DNA of 64,000 nucleotides from contig JBEKBM010000007.1 in assembly GCA_050015395.1 (NCBI GenBank), forward strand, positions 33,796 through 97,795, given 5' to 3'. A program made the translations under genes and the position numbers. The notes beneath the pieces are model-generated. The model worked only from the letters and a program-made list of their open reading frames with translations, had not been told where the DNA came from and did no database searches. This document shows positions 9,196-18,413 of the stretch, piece after piece. Source of the stretch: Candidatus Bathyarchaeia archaeon (GTDB lineage: Archaea > Thermoproteota > Bathyarchaeia > Bathyarchaeales > Bathycorpusculaceae). Within the stretch, counting starts at the first letter, position 1, and every line of letters begins with the position of its first letter.

Positions 9196-10656
9196 CTAAT
9201 ATTTTATGATTAGAGTTGTGCCATTTTCGTTTTTTAATGCATAGATAACGGCTATTTGGTTGGGCAGGTTAGTTCCAGGAATGACTAGTGATGTTTGAGG
9301 CGTGATGTATCCTGCTTGGTTTTGATTAAAGTTGGATGGCTCGTTTAGTTCGGCTGGATTGGATGGTGAAATAATTTGCGGGTTTGGGTTTTGCAAACTG
9401 TATATTTGACCGCGCATTGGGTTAAAAGTCAGGTTAGAGCTAATTAATATTATGTGAGTGCCAATCGAATCAGTACTAACGCCTTTAACGTAGGCTGCGC
9501 CAGTTAGTACTATTTTAGGAGTGACGTATCCGGATTGGAGATTGACTAAGGCGTAAGTGGTAGTGACACCAGCTACGATTATTACGCATGTAAGCAAAAT
9601 TGCAACTATAAGTTTGTTGGGTTTGAGTCGTTTTGGTTTTGCCGTGGTTAGTTGGTTTATGTTTCTTAGCCGCAGGTTTATTTTCGGATGACCAGACAGT
9701 ATTTGTGGTCTATGAATGATTGGTGATGATACTAAAAGGTTTGAGGTTATACGAATTAACCTGCCTTCTCCTGGTAGATTTTGTAGTGCCGCGGTAATTT
9801 TTGTTAATGCGTTTGCTAGGTTATCGGGTTTTTGTAGGAGTTTTGCTCCGTTCTCGTCTGCCAGCATTTCTCTTTCCCTTTGACTATTGAACAATGCAAA
9901 GTATGCCAGAGGGTTGAAGAATGACACAGCCGTTAAGGCGTTAGATAAGGTCTTAAAGAAGAAATCGTGGTTTTTGATGTGGGCAAGTTCATGGGACGCT
10001 ACGGCCAATATTTCCTCTTTATCTAAAATATTTAGAAGCCCTATGGTGAAGACAAGTTTTGTTTTGCGGCCATTTCCCATCGTGAAAGCATTGGGTCTCA
10101 AATCTTCAACAAGTGCCACTTTTGGGGTTGGAATAGATAGTTTTTTGGAGATTTTAGCTATTTCTGTTTGAAGCCACTCATACTCGTTTGATCCGAGGTT
10201 GATTACGTGTAAGAGCCTAGAGGCTATCCAATCACCCATCACAAATGTTGTGACAGCGTAAATCCCTCCTAATGCTAAGCCGGTTAAGCAGATAATTCCT
10301 GTTATTGAAAGAATCTGATTTGTTGAAAGAGCCACGAGCGTGACCATTGTTTGCGATAAAGGCGGCTGTATTAGATGGAAGGGACTAAAAAGTATGGGCC
10401 CTTGAGGAACAGGGATGCTGAAGGAACCGATTAAATGGTAAGAGACCGCTTGCATCACAATTTTAGGCGGAAATGAAAGCATGACAAAGAGTGGCGCAAC
10501 TATAGGGATTAGGTAAATCAGGCTTTTGGTTTTACTGCCCATGAATGGGCAACACTTTACGACTATTTTTATGCAAACAAACGATATGGCCAAAACTATA
10601 ATGGAATAGTAAAAGTAGGGTTGAAAGACCTGAACGAGAACGTCTTCAAAGTTCAC
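9196..10656 (-). CDS. Membrane zinc metalloprotease, BlaR1/M56-M48-like
   Basis: PNAFT, HELAH, EREMLAD, HP..NLR motifs; TM segments; directly downstream of a BlaI-like gene. Confidence 0.85.
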   Translation of the reverse strand: MNFEDVLVQVFQPYFYYSIIVLAISFVCIKIVVKCCPFMGSKTKSLIYLIPIVAPLFVMLSFPPKIVMQAVSYHLIGSFSIPVPQGPILFSPFHLIQPPLSQTMVTLVALSTNQILSITGIICLTGLALGGIYAVTTFVMGDWIASRLLHVINLGSNEYEWLQTEIAKISKKLSIPTPKVALVEDLRPNAFTMGNGRKTKLVFTIGLLNILDKEEILAVASHELAHIKNHDFFFKTLSNALTAVSFFNPLAYFALFNSQREREMLADENGAKLLQKPDNLANALTKITAALQNLPGEGRLIRITSNLLVSSPIIHRPQILSGHPKINLRLRNINQLTTAKPKRLKPNKLIVAILLTCVIIVAGVTTTYALVNLQSGYVTPKIVLTGAAYVKGVSTDSIGTHIILISSNLTFNPMRGQIYSLQNPNPQIISPSNPAELNEPSNFNQNQAGYITPQTSLVIPGTNLPNQIAVIYALKNENGTTLIIKY

Positions 10657-10683
10657 TTCAACCGCCTCTTCAGAGTTGCCTTA

Positions 10684-11133
10684 TTATTTTTTATTCCTTT
10701 TTATTTTATTGAGTTGTTCTTGCAACGCTTTGCGTTCTTTTTCGTCCATGTTGGTTTCTTCGATTAGGCAACTGGTTACAGCTTCGCCGAAATTTCCGAT
10801 CAAGCTAGCGAGAACCTCACGGACGGCTGTTTTTTGGAAGTTTCTTTTTTCAAGTTTAGGCCAGTAGACATAGTAGAGTCCGCCTCTTCCCTTTTCTATT
10901 TTCCTTTCCAATAAGCTTTTGTCAAAGAGTCTGTCCATGGTGGACATGACGGTTGTGTAGGCTATTTTCTTGGTTTTGTTTAGGGCTGCGTGGGTTTCTC
11001 TGACTGTTATGGGTGTTTTTTTTGAAGCCCAAATTGCCTCCATAATGTTAGCCTCGAGTGGGCCTAGAAAGGCTTCTAATGCTTTGCCTTCTATGTTGTA
11101 TTGTGAGAATCCTGGTTTTTTCTCTTCAGTCAT
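10684..11133 (-). CDS. BlaI/MecI/CopY-family repressor
   Basis: LGPLEANIMEAIW...AYTTVMSTMDRLFDK; likely ATG at 11133. Confidence 0.88.
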   Translation of the reverse strand: MTEEKKPGFSQYNIEGKALEAFLGPLEANIMEAIWASKKTPITVRETHAALNKTKKIAYTTVMSTMDRLFDKSLLERKIEKGRGGLYYVYWPKLEKRNFQKTAVREVLASLIGNFGEAVTSCLIEETNMDEKERKALQEQLNKIKRNKK

Positions 11134-11146
11134 AGCTTGAGACCAC

Positions 11147-11167
11147 ATTACTATCATCTCTAGTAGC
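11147..11167. promoter_or_regulatory. Operator (G/A)(C/T)TACTA-N7-TAGTAGC, copy upstream of the BlaI-like gene
   Basis: ATTACTA-TCATCTC-TAGTAGC. Confidence 0.6.
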
Positions 11168-11250
11168 TCTTTAATCTTTCGAAAACAAAACGCGTTGCTT
11201 TTTCCAACCTGCTTTCCAAAAAAGAAAAGGTGAGAAGCTTGCCATTTCTA

Positions 11251-12492
11251 TTAAGATGTTCCTGTGCTGGTAGGGGCAGGTCGTGTGCCTAGTACTATTG
11301 ATATGTTCATGTTTTGATTGTTTCGTACAATTGTTAGACTAACAGTTTGTCCAGGCAGCGTGTACTCTTCCATGTATGTGGATAGGTCGTCCCCGTTTCT
11401 GATTCTTGTGCCATTAATAGCTGTTATGATGTCGCCGCCTGTGGTTATGGTGTTGCCGTCTATTGTGGCTTGTGTGGTGCCTGCTTTGAGACCGGCATTG
11501 GCTGCGGGCCCACCGCTTGTTACTTGCTGGATTAGAACGCCGTATGTGACACTTACTCCCATTTGATTCGCGATGTCATAAGACATGTCTACTGTGCTTA
11601 TGCCCAGGTACGAGTATTGAGTGTACGTACCAGTCGTTGCTAAGTCTTGGATTTCTCTCAGTATAGTGTCTGAGGGTATGGCGAAGCCTAAGCCTTGCGA
11701 GTCGGTAACTATGGCTGTTGTTATGCCGATGACCTGGCCTTGGTAGTTAAGTAGGGGTCCGCCCGAGTTGCCTGGGTTAATGGCAGCGCTTGTTTGGATG
11801 ATATCAGCTATGGCGTATCCGTTTGTAGTGTCTTCGGTGATTGTTCTGCCTAAGGCACTGATTATGCCTGTGGTCATCGACCCTGACAATCCATAGGGAC
11901 TGCCAATTGCTATAACTGGGTCTCCAACCTGTAGGCTTGATGAGCTGGTGACTGTTAGTGGGACTAGTTCGGATTGTGGTGCGTCAGTTGAAAGCACAGC
12001 TAGGTCTGAGTAGGGGTCTGAGCCTAGCACCTTGGCTGTGTAAGAATTTCCGTCTTGGAAGGTAACTGTAATGTTTACGCCACCGTCCACTACATGGTCG
12101 TTTGTGACTATGATGTCTTGACCGTTGAGGTCATAGGTAAATCCCGAACCTAGGACTTGTGAATAGACGGGCTGGTTGAACATGTCAGTTGCTGGTTGGA
12201 AGTCTTCGACGACTACTACTGACGGTTCCACCTGCAGGTATATCTGTGAAAGTGAAGCATTGTCAGGTAAAGTGGCGTCGGTTTGAGGGGTTGAGGCAGT
12301 TGAGCTTGTGCTTGATTGAGCTTGTTGGTTTGAGGCGGTTGGGGCTGGGTTTTGTTGATTGATGTTGGTGGAGTTGGTTGGGTGGCCTATGTAATATCCA
12401 GCTATTCCGGCTGTTAGGGTTGCTACGATGAGTATGGTGGCTATGAAAATGGCAAGTTTGGTTTTTTTTGGCTTTTGGGTTGGGTTTTCCGT
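11251..12492 (-). CDS. HtrA/DegP-like membrane-anchored serine protease with PDZ domain
   Basis: VTNDHVV, SDLAVL, NPGNSGGPL. The frame stays open upstream of GTG 12231 through a TM anchor to an ACG at 12492. Confidence 0.85.
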   Translation of the reverse strand, partial: TENPTQKPKKTKLAIFIATILIVATLTAGIAGYYIGHPTNSTNINQQNPAPTASNQQAQSSTSSTASTPQTDATLPDNASLSQIYLQVEPSVVVVEDFQPATDMFNQPVYSQVLGSGFTYDLNGQDIIVTNDHVVDGGVNITVTFQDGNSYTAKVLGSDPYSDLAVLSTDAPQSELVPLTVTSSSSLQVGDPVIAIGSPYGLSGSMTTGIISALGRTITEDTTNGYAIADIIQTSAAINPGNSGGPLLNYQGQVIGITTAIVTDSQGLGFAIPSDTILREIQDLATTGTYTQYSYLGISTVDMSYDIANQMGVSVTYGVLIQQVTSGGPAANAGLKAGTTQATIDGNTITTGGDIITAINGTRIRNGDDLSTYMEEYTLPGQTVSLTIVRNNQNMNISIVLGTRPAPTSTGTS

Positions 12493-12519
12493 TGGTTTTG
12501 TCTCCTTGCGAGTGTTTAC

Positions 12520-12540
12520 GCTACTATCTTTGGTAGTAGC
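12520..12540. promoter_or_regulatory. Operator GCTACTA-N7-TAGTAGC upstream of the htrA-like gene
   Basis: GCTACTA-TCTTTGG-TAGTAGC, perfect inverted arms. Confidence 0.7.
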
Positions 12541-12663
12541 TTAGCGATATAAATGTTACTATTGTTAACGGCACTCACTTTTTTCCTCTATAAAGCACAC
12601 ACCATCCAAACCTGCCAGTAAACAAAACGTAACCAAAAGTGCCGGGCGCTGATTTTGATAGCA

Positions 12664-12684
12664 GCTACTACCTTAAATAGTAGC
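12664..12684. promoter_or_regulatory. Operator GCTACTA-N7-TAGTAGC upstream of the wHTH regulator
   Basis: GCTACTA-CCTTAAA-TAGTAGC, overlapping a TATA-like TTAAATA. Confidence 0.7.
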
Positions 12685-12727
12685 AACGTGTAATAGATAA
12701 ACAAGAAAAAACGGGCAGGCAACCTAC

Positions 12728-13060
12728 ATGATAAACAACAATCGACCAATAAGACAATTACTAGGATGGCTAATCACAGGAACGAAAGGCGGCAAAACCC
12801 GAGCCCAAATAATCAAGGCCCTAAAAAAGAACCCGCAAAACTCAAACCAACTAGCCACACTCCTCAAAGTAAACTACAAAACAATTAGACACCACATCAC
12901 AATTCTAGAAAAAAACAAATTAATCATCTCCGCTGGAGACCACTACTCTACTGCATACTTCCTCTCGGAATTAATGGAAGAAAACTATGTGCTATTCGAA
13001 GAAATAACAAGCAAAATGAATAATACAAGGAAACGAGCAATCAGAGTAGCACAAAAATAA
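12728..13060 (+). CDS. ArsR-like winged-helix regulator
   Basis: GTKGGKTRAQII...PQNSNQLA...YKTIRHH; close paralog at 31265-31567. Confidence 0.85.
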   Translation: MINNNRPIRQLLGWLITGTKGGKTRAQIIKALKKNPQNSNQLATLLKVNYKTIRHHITILEKNKLIISAGDHYSTAYFLSELMEENYVLFEEITSKMNNTRKRAIRVAQK

Positions 13061-13148
13061 CGCTCAAACCTTACTTTTAACCTGACTCCTAATTTGTCGT
13101 AATCTTTAATAACAAAACAGTTCCACGCTAAACTGGAGAGGAAGAAAA

Positions 13149-13301
13149 ACGCCGAACATTGAAATACGCTGCCCTAAATGTAGTTCTACAGCGGTAGAAA
13201 AAACCAAAAATCAAGAGTTTCATTGCAGCAGCTGTGGAGAAATATTTTATTTTGTTACCCCAAAATGCGGTTCCGCTGATCTTGAAAGATACAAACTTTA
13301 A
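13149..13301 (+). CDS. Zinc-ribbon microprotein (50 aa), apparent ACG start
   Basis: (T/M)PNIEIRCPKCSSTAVEKTKNQEFHCSSCGEIFYFVTPKCGSADLERYKL*, two CxxC pairs, purine-rich GGAGAGG upstream. Confidence 0.55.
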   Translation, partial: TPNIEIRCPKCSSTAVEKTKNQEFHCSSCGEIFYFVTPKCGSADLERYKL

Positions 13302-13591
13302 CAAAATACACTGCTCTCATTAACTAAAACCTCATTAAAGGTAAGAAAACACCCAAATGTCTTCCTATGGTTTTTTTGTGCAGTTGTCAACCGTGTGCTT
13401 TGTTGCTTCCTCGACTTCAATCCGTTTCTTCGCTTTCTCGTAAGCCCACCCAGGTGGTTAGGACTGCTGTCATTTAGTTAGTGCTTCCCTTCGTTCAGCT
13501 AACTCCTTTAAGTTCTCGATAAGTTCTTCTTCTGAATCCTTGAGAAAGTTAATTTCCCGAAAAATACGTGCTTCATTTCTAAGATAGTTTG

Positions 13592-13669
13592 TGGTGGGCC
13601 GGACCGGATTCGGACCGGCGACCTTCTGCACGTCAAGCAGATGTCCTAACCAGGCTAGACGACCGGCCC
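13592..13669 (-). tRNA. tRNA-Val(GAC)
   Basis: Cloverleaf GGGCCGG...CCGGCCC-ACCA; anticodon arm TCTGC-TTGACGT-GCAGA. Confidence 0.95.
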
Positions 13670-13874
13670 ACGAGTGCTTACTTTTTTTATCGTCTTTTCC
13701 TATATAGGCGCTTCGTCTTTTCCGCTGTAATGCAATATTCAAAATTGCCGCTTGTATTAATCTATTTCTTAATTGTGATAAAGGTAAAATATTTCTTTAT
13801 TAAATTGTCGATTATCGTGATAGATGTTTTAAGCTGCTTAATGCATATATGTAATAATTCAGGTGGAAAGGGCT

Positions 13875-15125
13875 ATGGCAACCGATGAAGTGCTCTCTTT
13901 ACTCGTTGATTTCATAAACAAAAACTCCGATGTTGCTGACATCCAATGGGATCGACGTATGAGTCCAAGGTTGCTTTTTAATCCGTACTCCGAAAGTTAT
14001 GAAGAGCGGAAAACTATTGCTCACTACTTTTTACTGGCTGCATCTATACTTGATGATACAGTGGTAGGTTACCCTGAAAACGCTAGAATGCTACTATCAT
14101 ATCTCCATGAAGCTTTGGGCAACAGCCTTTTAGAAACTAAAAAAGCACATATTTTTGAAGAAGAAATCGTGAAATCTGATTTTTATTATGACTTGGGCCC
14201 AAACAAAAAAGCGGCATCAGAAATCATGGCCTCCGTCAACATATTTGTTAAAACTAACGCAGAAAAAAACTTGCTAAAATATGCTCAAAGATTTAGTAAG
14301 CCCAAGGATTTCGTTGAGGACATCGCACAAAACATCAAGGCAATTAGCGGACCACACGTAGATAAGGCGTGGATTTACATGCGGTGGATGGTGCGACCTC
14401 AACCTGACCTGCAAATCTACGACCATCTTTTACCAGAAGACCTCTACGTTCCATTGACCAAAGAAAACGCCAACGTAGCAACGAGCTTAGGTATAATAAA
14501 CTCAGCTTCGCCATCACTATGGAGAGACGAAGACTCAGCAGCAATGGCGAGGCAAAAAATAACTGACTTTGCAAAACAGCTCTTTCCCAAAGACCCTGCA
14601 AAGGTTGATTATCCCTTCTTCCTTTTAGGCAGATGGCTTAGACAAAAAACACTAAACCGGTACACGTTGAAAACAGCACTTGATTTTCTTGACCGAATGC
14701 AAAAAATAACTGGTCAGTCCCAAGCTTATTACCAAAAAATGAGCCGTTACAAAAGCGGATGGGAGAAAAAAACAGCTCTTACTCTTTTAAGGATGCACAT
14801 TGCTTTTGGTTATGAAACGATTAGCTTCCCCTTGCCGAATAATGAGATTTACACGCCTGATTTTATTCTAGAAAAAACAGTTCAGGGGAGAAAAATAGTT
14901 CTTGAACCCCACTTTGAAATGACTAAAAGGCAAGCTCGCAAATATGCACTATTCAAAAGAACCTACGGTCACCAGTTCCTCTTAATACTTCTGCTGAAAA
15001 ATGATTTAATTTCTATGTATCATCAACGAAAAATATTGACTGACGATGTATGCGATGATGTTTGGCCGATAGAATTTATTCATTTGTTGGCTGAGAAGAT
15101 CAGAAGAGGCACCTACGGCGAATAA
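13875..15125 (+). CDS. DUF2400 (TIGR02757)-like domain fused to a T7 endonuclease I-like PD-(D/E)xK domain
   Basis: MRWMVR...LYVPL...DPAKVDYPFF, then YKSGWE...YE...YTPDF...VLEPH. Confidence 0.6.
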   Translation: MATDEVLSLLVDFINKNSDVADIQWDRRMSPRLLFNPYSESYEERKTIAHYFLLAASILDDTVVGYPENARMLLSYLHEALGNSLLETKKAHIFEEEIVKSDFYYDLGPNKKAASEIMASVNIFVKTNAEKNLLKYAQRFSKPKDFVEDIAQNIKAISGPHVDKAWIYMRWMVRPQPDLQIYDHLLPEDLYVPLTKENANVATSLGIINSASPSLWRDEDSAAMARQKITDFAKQLFPKDPAKVDYPFFLLGRWLRQKTLNRYTLKTALDFLDRMQKITGQSQAYYQKMSRYKSGWEKKTALTLLRMHIAFGYETISFPLPNNEIYTPDFILEKTVQGRKIVLEPHFEMTKRQARKYALFKRTYGHQFLLILLLKNDLISMYHQRKILTDDVCDDVWPIEFIHLLAEKIRRGTYGE

Positions 15126-15314
15126 TCTCTTACATAATCATTCTTTTGTGCTTATTTAGCTCCTTGGGCTTATTCTAATTTAACGCTTAAATCACAACCC
15201 GCTCCCCCTCCCTACTATTTACACCCAACTTCAACAAGTAAAAAGCACCAAACCTTTCCCAGCTAAATTGAGCGCATTAATTAAGCAGCACAGCCTTGTA
15301 TTGCTGGCGGCACA

Positions 15315-15677
15315 ATGGCGCAGGACAATTTCAAACCAGTAGTTGTCTGGCTTATTCTCAATGGAAAAGCAGAAGAAGCGCTCAGGCTGCTGGCGAAAAA
15401 CTATAAAGTAAACGTTCCCAAACTAAAAGTAGGTTTACCAAAGGGACACAAAATTAAAGCGTTCGGCTGTTACACCTCTAAGAACGAAACCATTTCAGTT
15501 CTAAACAGTGACGTGGTGGTTAATCCCTTTGTTATTCTGCACGAGTTTTATCATCACCTGCGCAGTAAAGCGGTGGATAAAATGCACAGGGGTACAGAGA
15601 AAAACGCTGACAAATTTGCCATAGAATTTATCGAAGCCTACAAAACCTACGCGCTTAGGGGAGCAGTTACTCCTTAG
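15315..15677 (+). CDS. Small HExxH zincin-like protein
   Basis: ILHEFYHH...TEKNADKFA; its stop codon lies inside attL. Confidence 0.65.
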   Translation: MAQDNFKPVVVWLILNGKAEEALRLLAKNYKVNVPKLKVGLPKGHKIKAFGCYTSKNETISVLNSDVVVNPFVILHEFYHHLRSKAVDKMHRGTEKNADKFAIEFIEAYKTYALRGAVTP

Positions 15678-15678
15678 T
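15667..15678 (+). repeat. att core, left (TTACTCCTTAGT)
   Basis: Identical to 26293-26304. Confidence 0.88.
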
Positions 15679-15764
15679 AAGCCTAATTAAAAGACGGATA
15701 TTTAATTAACAGTTCCAGAAGTCTTAAATCTGCATAGCGTAGAATAGAAATGAGGTAAAAATGA

Positions 15765-16085
15765 ATGAGTGACCTTAATGTATCAGTAAATGTAGAAAAG
15801 GGAAAAATAAAAAAAGCCTTAGACTACGCAGAAGAATTGTATGTAGTATTATCAGAAATAAACACAGTTTTGTGTTCTAAGGAATTTGAAAAACAGTGTA
15901 TAGAGCATGGAATATCCAAGAAATTTATTAAATTCACTCAAGACGCAAAACCTCTATTGGACAAATTTGAGAGTACGATTTCTGATTTATCTGAGGAAAA
16001 AATTAAAGAGTGGAAAGCTGAAAAAGAAGCATCCCAAGGCAATCAAGCGCCTCCCGGGAATGGGGCGGCTTTTCAGCCAGAATAA
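15765..16085 (+). CDS. Hypothetical protein (element cargo)
   Basis: 106-aa ORF with GAGGT SD and TTAAAT TATA-like box. Confidence 0.65.
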   Translation: MSDLNVSVNVEKGKIKKALDYAEELYVVLSEINTVLCSKEFEKQCIEHGISKKFIKFTQDAKPLLDKFESTISDLSEEKIKEWKAEKEASQGNQAPPGNGAAFQPE

Positions 16086-16375
16086 ATATGCTAATTGCCC
16101 TGAAGGAAACACAAACGCCGACAGAACCCGCAAACCCCGAGAAAAAGATAAAGATTCGCCTTAAAGCGCAAAATGAATGGAGGTATCTTACCCCAACAGA
16201 ATATCATCGAATAAAAGAACAGATGATAGAGCAGAGAAAACAACAAAAAAATAAGACAGTTAGATAAGGCTTTTTGCTAAAGTTGGTTATTTATTTACTC
16301 ATATAGGTTAGAAGGTGGGTTACAGCTAACATACCAGCCTCACATTAAACAGTAAGACTAAGGAATGTTTAAGGC

Positions 16376-16690
16376 TCAAAAATGCTCTGGATACATTTTT
16401 GCGATTGTTGGATGCGCCTTTTCAAACTCTCTAGTTGCATGGTACGCTTCAGCATATTCCTTTTGAATAGCTTTAAGCTCTGTAGCTAATGCAATGAGTT
16501 TATCAGGGTTTACGCTCATATCTGCTTTGAATATTCTATCAGGGTCACTTATATTATCAGAATACGTTTTTTTTAATGCCTCGCCGAAAGAACCGTTGAA
16601 TTGATCCCCCAAACCTTCCACTCTCTTATGAAGCTCAGATTCGCGTTTTCTTAGTTTAACAAGAGTTCCAATTAATTCTTCTTCACTCAT
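16376..16690 (-). CDS. Hypothetical coiled-coil protein (element cargo)
   Basis: 104-aa ORF with GAGGAG SD and AAGTCTTAAAT promoter like that of 15765. Confidence 0.65.
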   Translation of the reverse strand: MSEEELIGTLVKLRKRESELHKRVEGLGDQFNGSFGEALKKTYSDNISDPDRIFKADMSVNPDKLIALATELKAIQKEYAEAYHATREFEKAHPTIAKMYPEHF

Positions 16691-16780
16691 TAATTTCTCC
16701 TCTATTCGTTTTATTATTCCCGAGAAGATTTAAGACTTATCATCTATTAAAACTCATAAAATCTTAAATGTTAAATAGGT

Positions 16781-17095
16781 CTATTGATCCGCTCCGCTCT
16801 GGATCAACGGGGTTTTCTCAAGCTCTGGAAGGTTCTTTTTGAACCGTAACTCTGGGTTATCCTCAAGCATTTTAATCTCGGGCCTATACTGTAAAAACTT
16901 GATGTGGTTGTCATAGTTCCGCAAATAATAGCCGTCGTGCATTGACCGCTGCATGGCTTTAGTTGAAATATGCCTAAGTGTGCTGCTTTGCCAATCTGCC
17001 GCTTCTTGCTGCCATAAATCCCCGAATAACGCAAAGATTTCTTCGTCTGTTTTGCTTCTTGCTTGCCAATATTTCGGCGTATCTGTTTCACTCAT
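16781..17095 (-). CDS. Hypothetical protein directly downstream of TerL
   Basis: MSETDTPKYW..., abuts the terL stop; far too short for a portal. Confidence 0.6.
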   Translation of the reverse strand: MSETDTPKYWQARSKTDEEIFALFGDLWQQEAADWQSSTLRHISTKAMQRSMHDGYYLRNYDNHIKFLQYRPEIKMLEDNPELRFKKNLPELEKTPLIQSGADQ

Positions 17096-17096
17096 T

Positions 17097-18413
17097 TTAA
17101 TATCCCTCATTATCGTTATGGTTTATGAAACCCGCGCCTAACCCGCTGGGCGCGTATTGATTCTTAAGCTCCCATGCTGCCAATGCCAATGAGCAAACGC
17201 AGTCGTCATGGCTGCCCTCTGGAGCACTATAAAATATTCTGCCCGTTGACCCGATTTCATAACTGAATGCCTCAAGCTCCGATTGCAAGGCTCTATATTC
17301 AACTGCAAATTCTCGGCGTTGAATTGAGCCTGGAAACCATAAGGCGCCTTCATCTAACATGTGGCTAAGATTCTCTATTATTTCTTGTTTTGATGTGTTG
17401 GTGAATTTGAAAGGTCGAACTTGAACCCCGGCGTTTACTAAGCCGTCATAAATCGGATCACCGACGCCCGTCGCGTCAACCAATAGAACATAATGGTTGA
17501 AGCGGTCACAGAAACTTTTAACGCGGCCTAGCTGGAAACTCCAATCTATACGGTTGAACCTGTCGAACCCTACCAATTCGCCTTTTTCGTTAAGCGCTAT
17601 TAGAACCGTGTAATCCATAGTTTTCCCAAAGTCGGCGCCTATCCAAACGTAATGCTCTGGGTTAAACTGCTCTATGCCTTCCCTGATTTGCCTTGTGATA
17701 AACCTGAATACTTCGCCTTCGCCTTCCAGAAATTCCCCATAGATTTCTTGTTTGCGTAGAAACTCAGGCATATCCTCCGCGATTGCGTCTATGCTCTGTT
17801 TCTCAAGGAATCCTCCCCGTTCAATCGTGTTTTCGTAGCTGCTAAAGCTGAATGAAGCATACAGCGGGTTAAACGGGTCTAGGCCCTTGCAATACAATTT
17901 GTGAAACCAGTTTTTGCCTTTAGCTGTGCCGATAAAATCAGCCCAACCGTTAAAATCTATCAGCGACGGCTCCAGCTCTCCGCTCCAACGGGTTTCTTTC
18001 AGCTTCGCGGCTTCGTCTATTACCATCCCGTTTAAACCTGAGCCTCTAAGCGAATCTTCTCTATCCGCTGAATGAAACCAACACTCCGATCCATTAATGA
18101 GTTTTAGGCGTCTTATCATGCCTTGCGTTTCTTGTTTGCCATGCGGAGCGATAAGAGCGGCTGGGGTTAACTCATTGACTTTTCTTGTAACGGGTGCAAG
18201 TTCCTTGTAAAACGGAACTACCCACCAATAGAGACCGTTTGGCTTGTCCTTGTCTGCCATAGCGGTTAGCATTCTGACCCACTCTAAATGAGTTTTGCCA
18301 AACCGTCTGCCGCAATCAATGACCTTAAACCGTTTGTGGCAGTTAAAAACCATGCTTTGTGCAGGATGCAACTTAAGGGAAACTCGGAGGGGAGGCACTA
18401 ACGTTTGAGTCAT
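17097..18413 (-). CDS. terL: Terminase large subunit
   Basis: Walker A CGRRFGKT, LRG, Walker B MVIDEAA, GTAKG; RNase H-like GADFG...D, VDATGVG, HDDCV. Confidence 0.93.
   Translation of the reverse strand: MTQTLVPPLRVSLKLHPAQSMVFNCHKRFKVIDCGRRFGKTHLEWVRMLTAMADKDKPNGLYWWVVPFYKELAPVTRKVNELTPAALIAPHGKQETQGMIRRLKLINGSECWFHSADREDSLRGSGLNGMVIDEAAKLKETRWSGELEPSLIDFNGWADFIGTAKGKNWFHKLYCKGLDPFNPLYASFSFSSYENTIERGGFLEKQSIDAIAEDMPEFLRKQEIYGEFLEGEGEVFRFITRQIREGIEQFNPEHYVWIGADFGKTMDYTVLIALNEKGELVGFDRFNRIDWSFQLGRVKSFCDRFNHYVLLVDATGVGDPIYDGLVNAGVQVRPFKFTNTSKQEIIENLSHMLDEGALWFPGSIQRREFAVEYRALQSELEAFSYEIGSTGRIFYSAPEGSHDDCVCSLALAAWELKNQYAPSGLGAGFINHNDNEGY

Noticed and set aside
13470-13888. ORFs 13470-13742 and 13589-13888
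   Set aside because: They overlap tRNA-Val. The 13320-13590 part may be a gene remnant but cannot be assigned.
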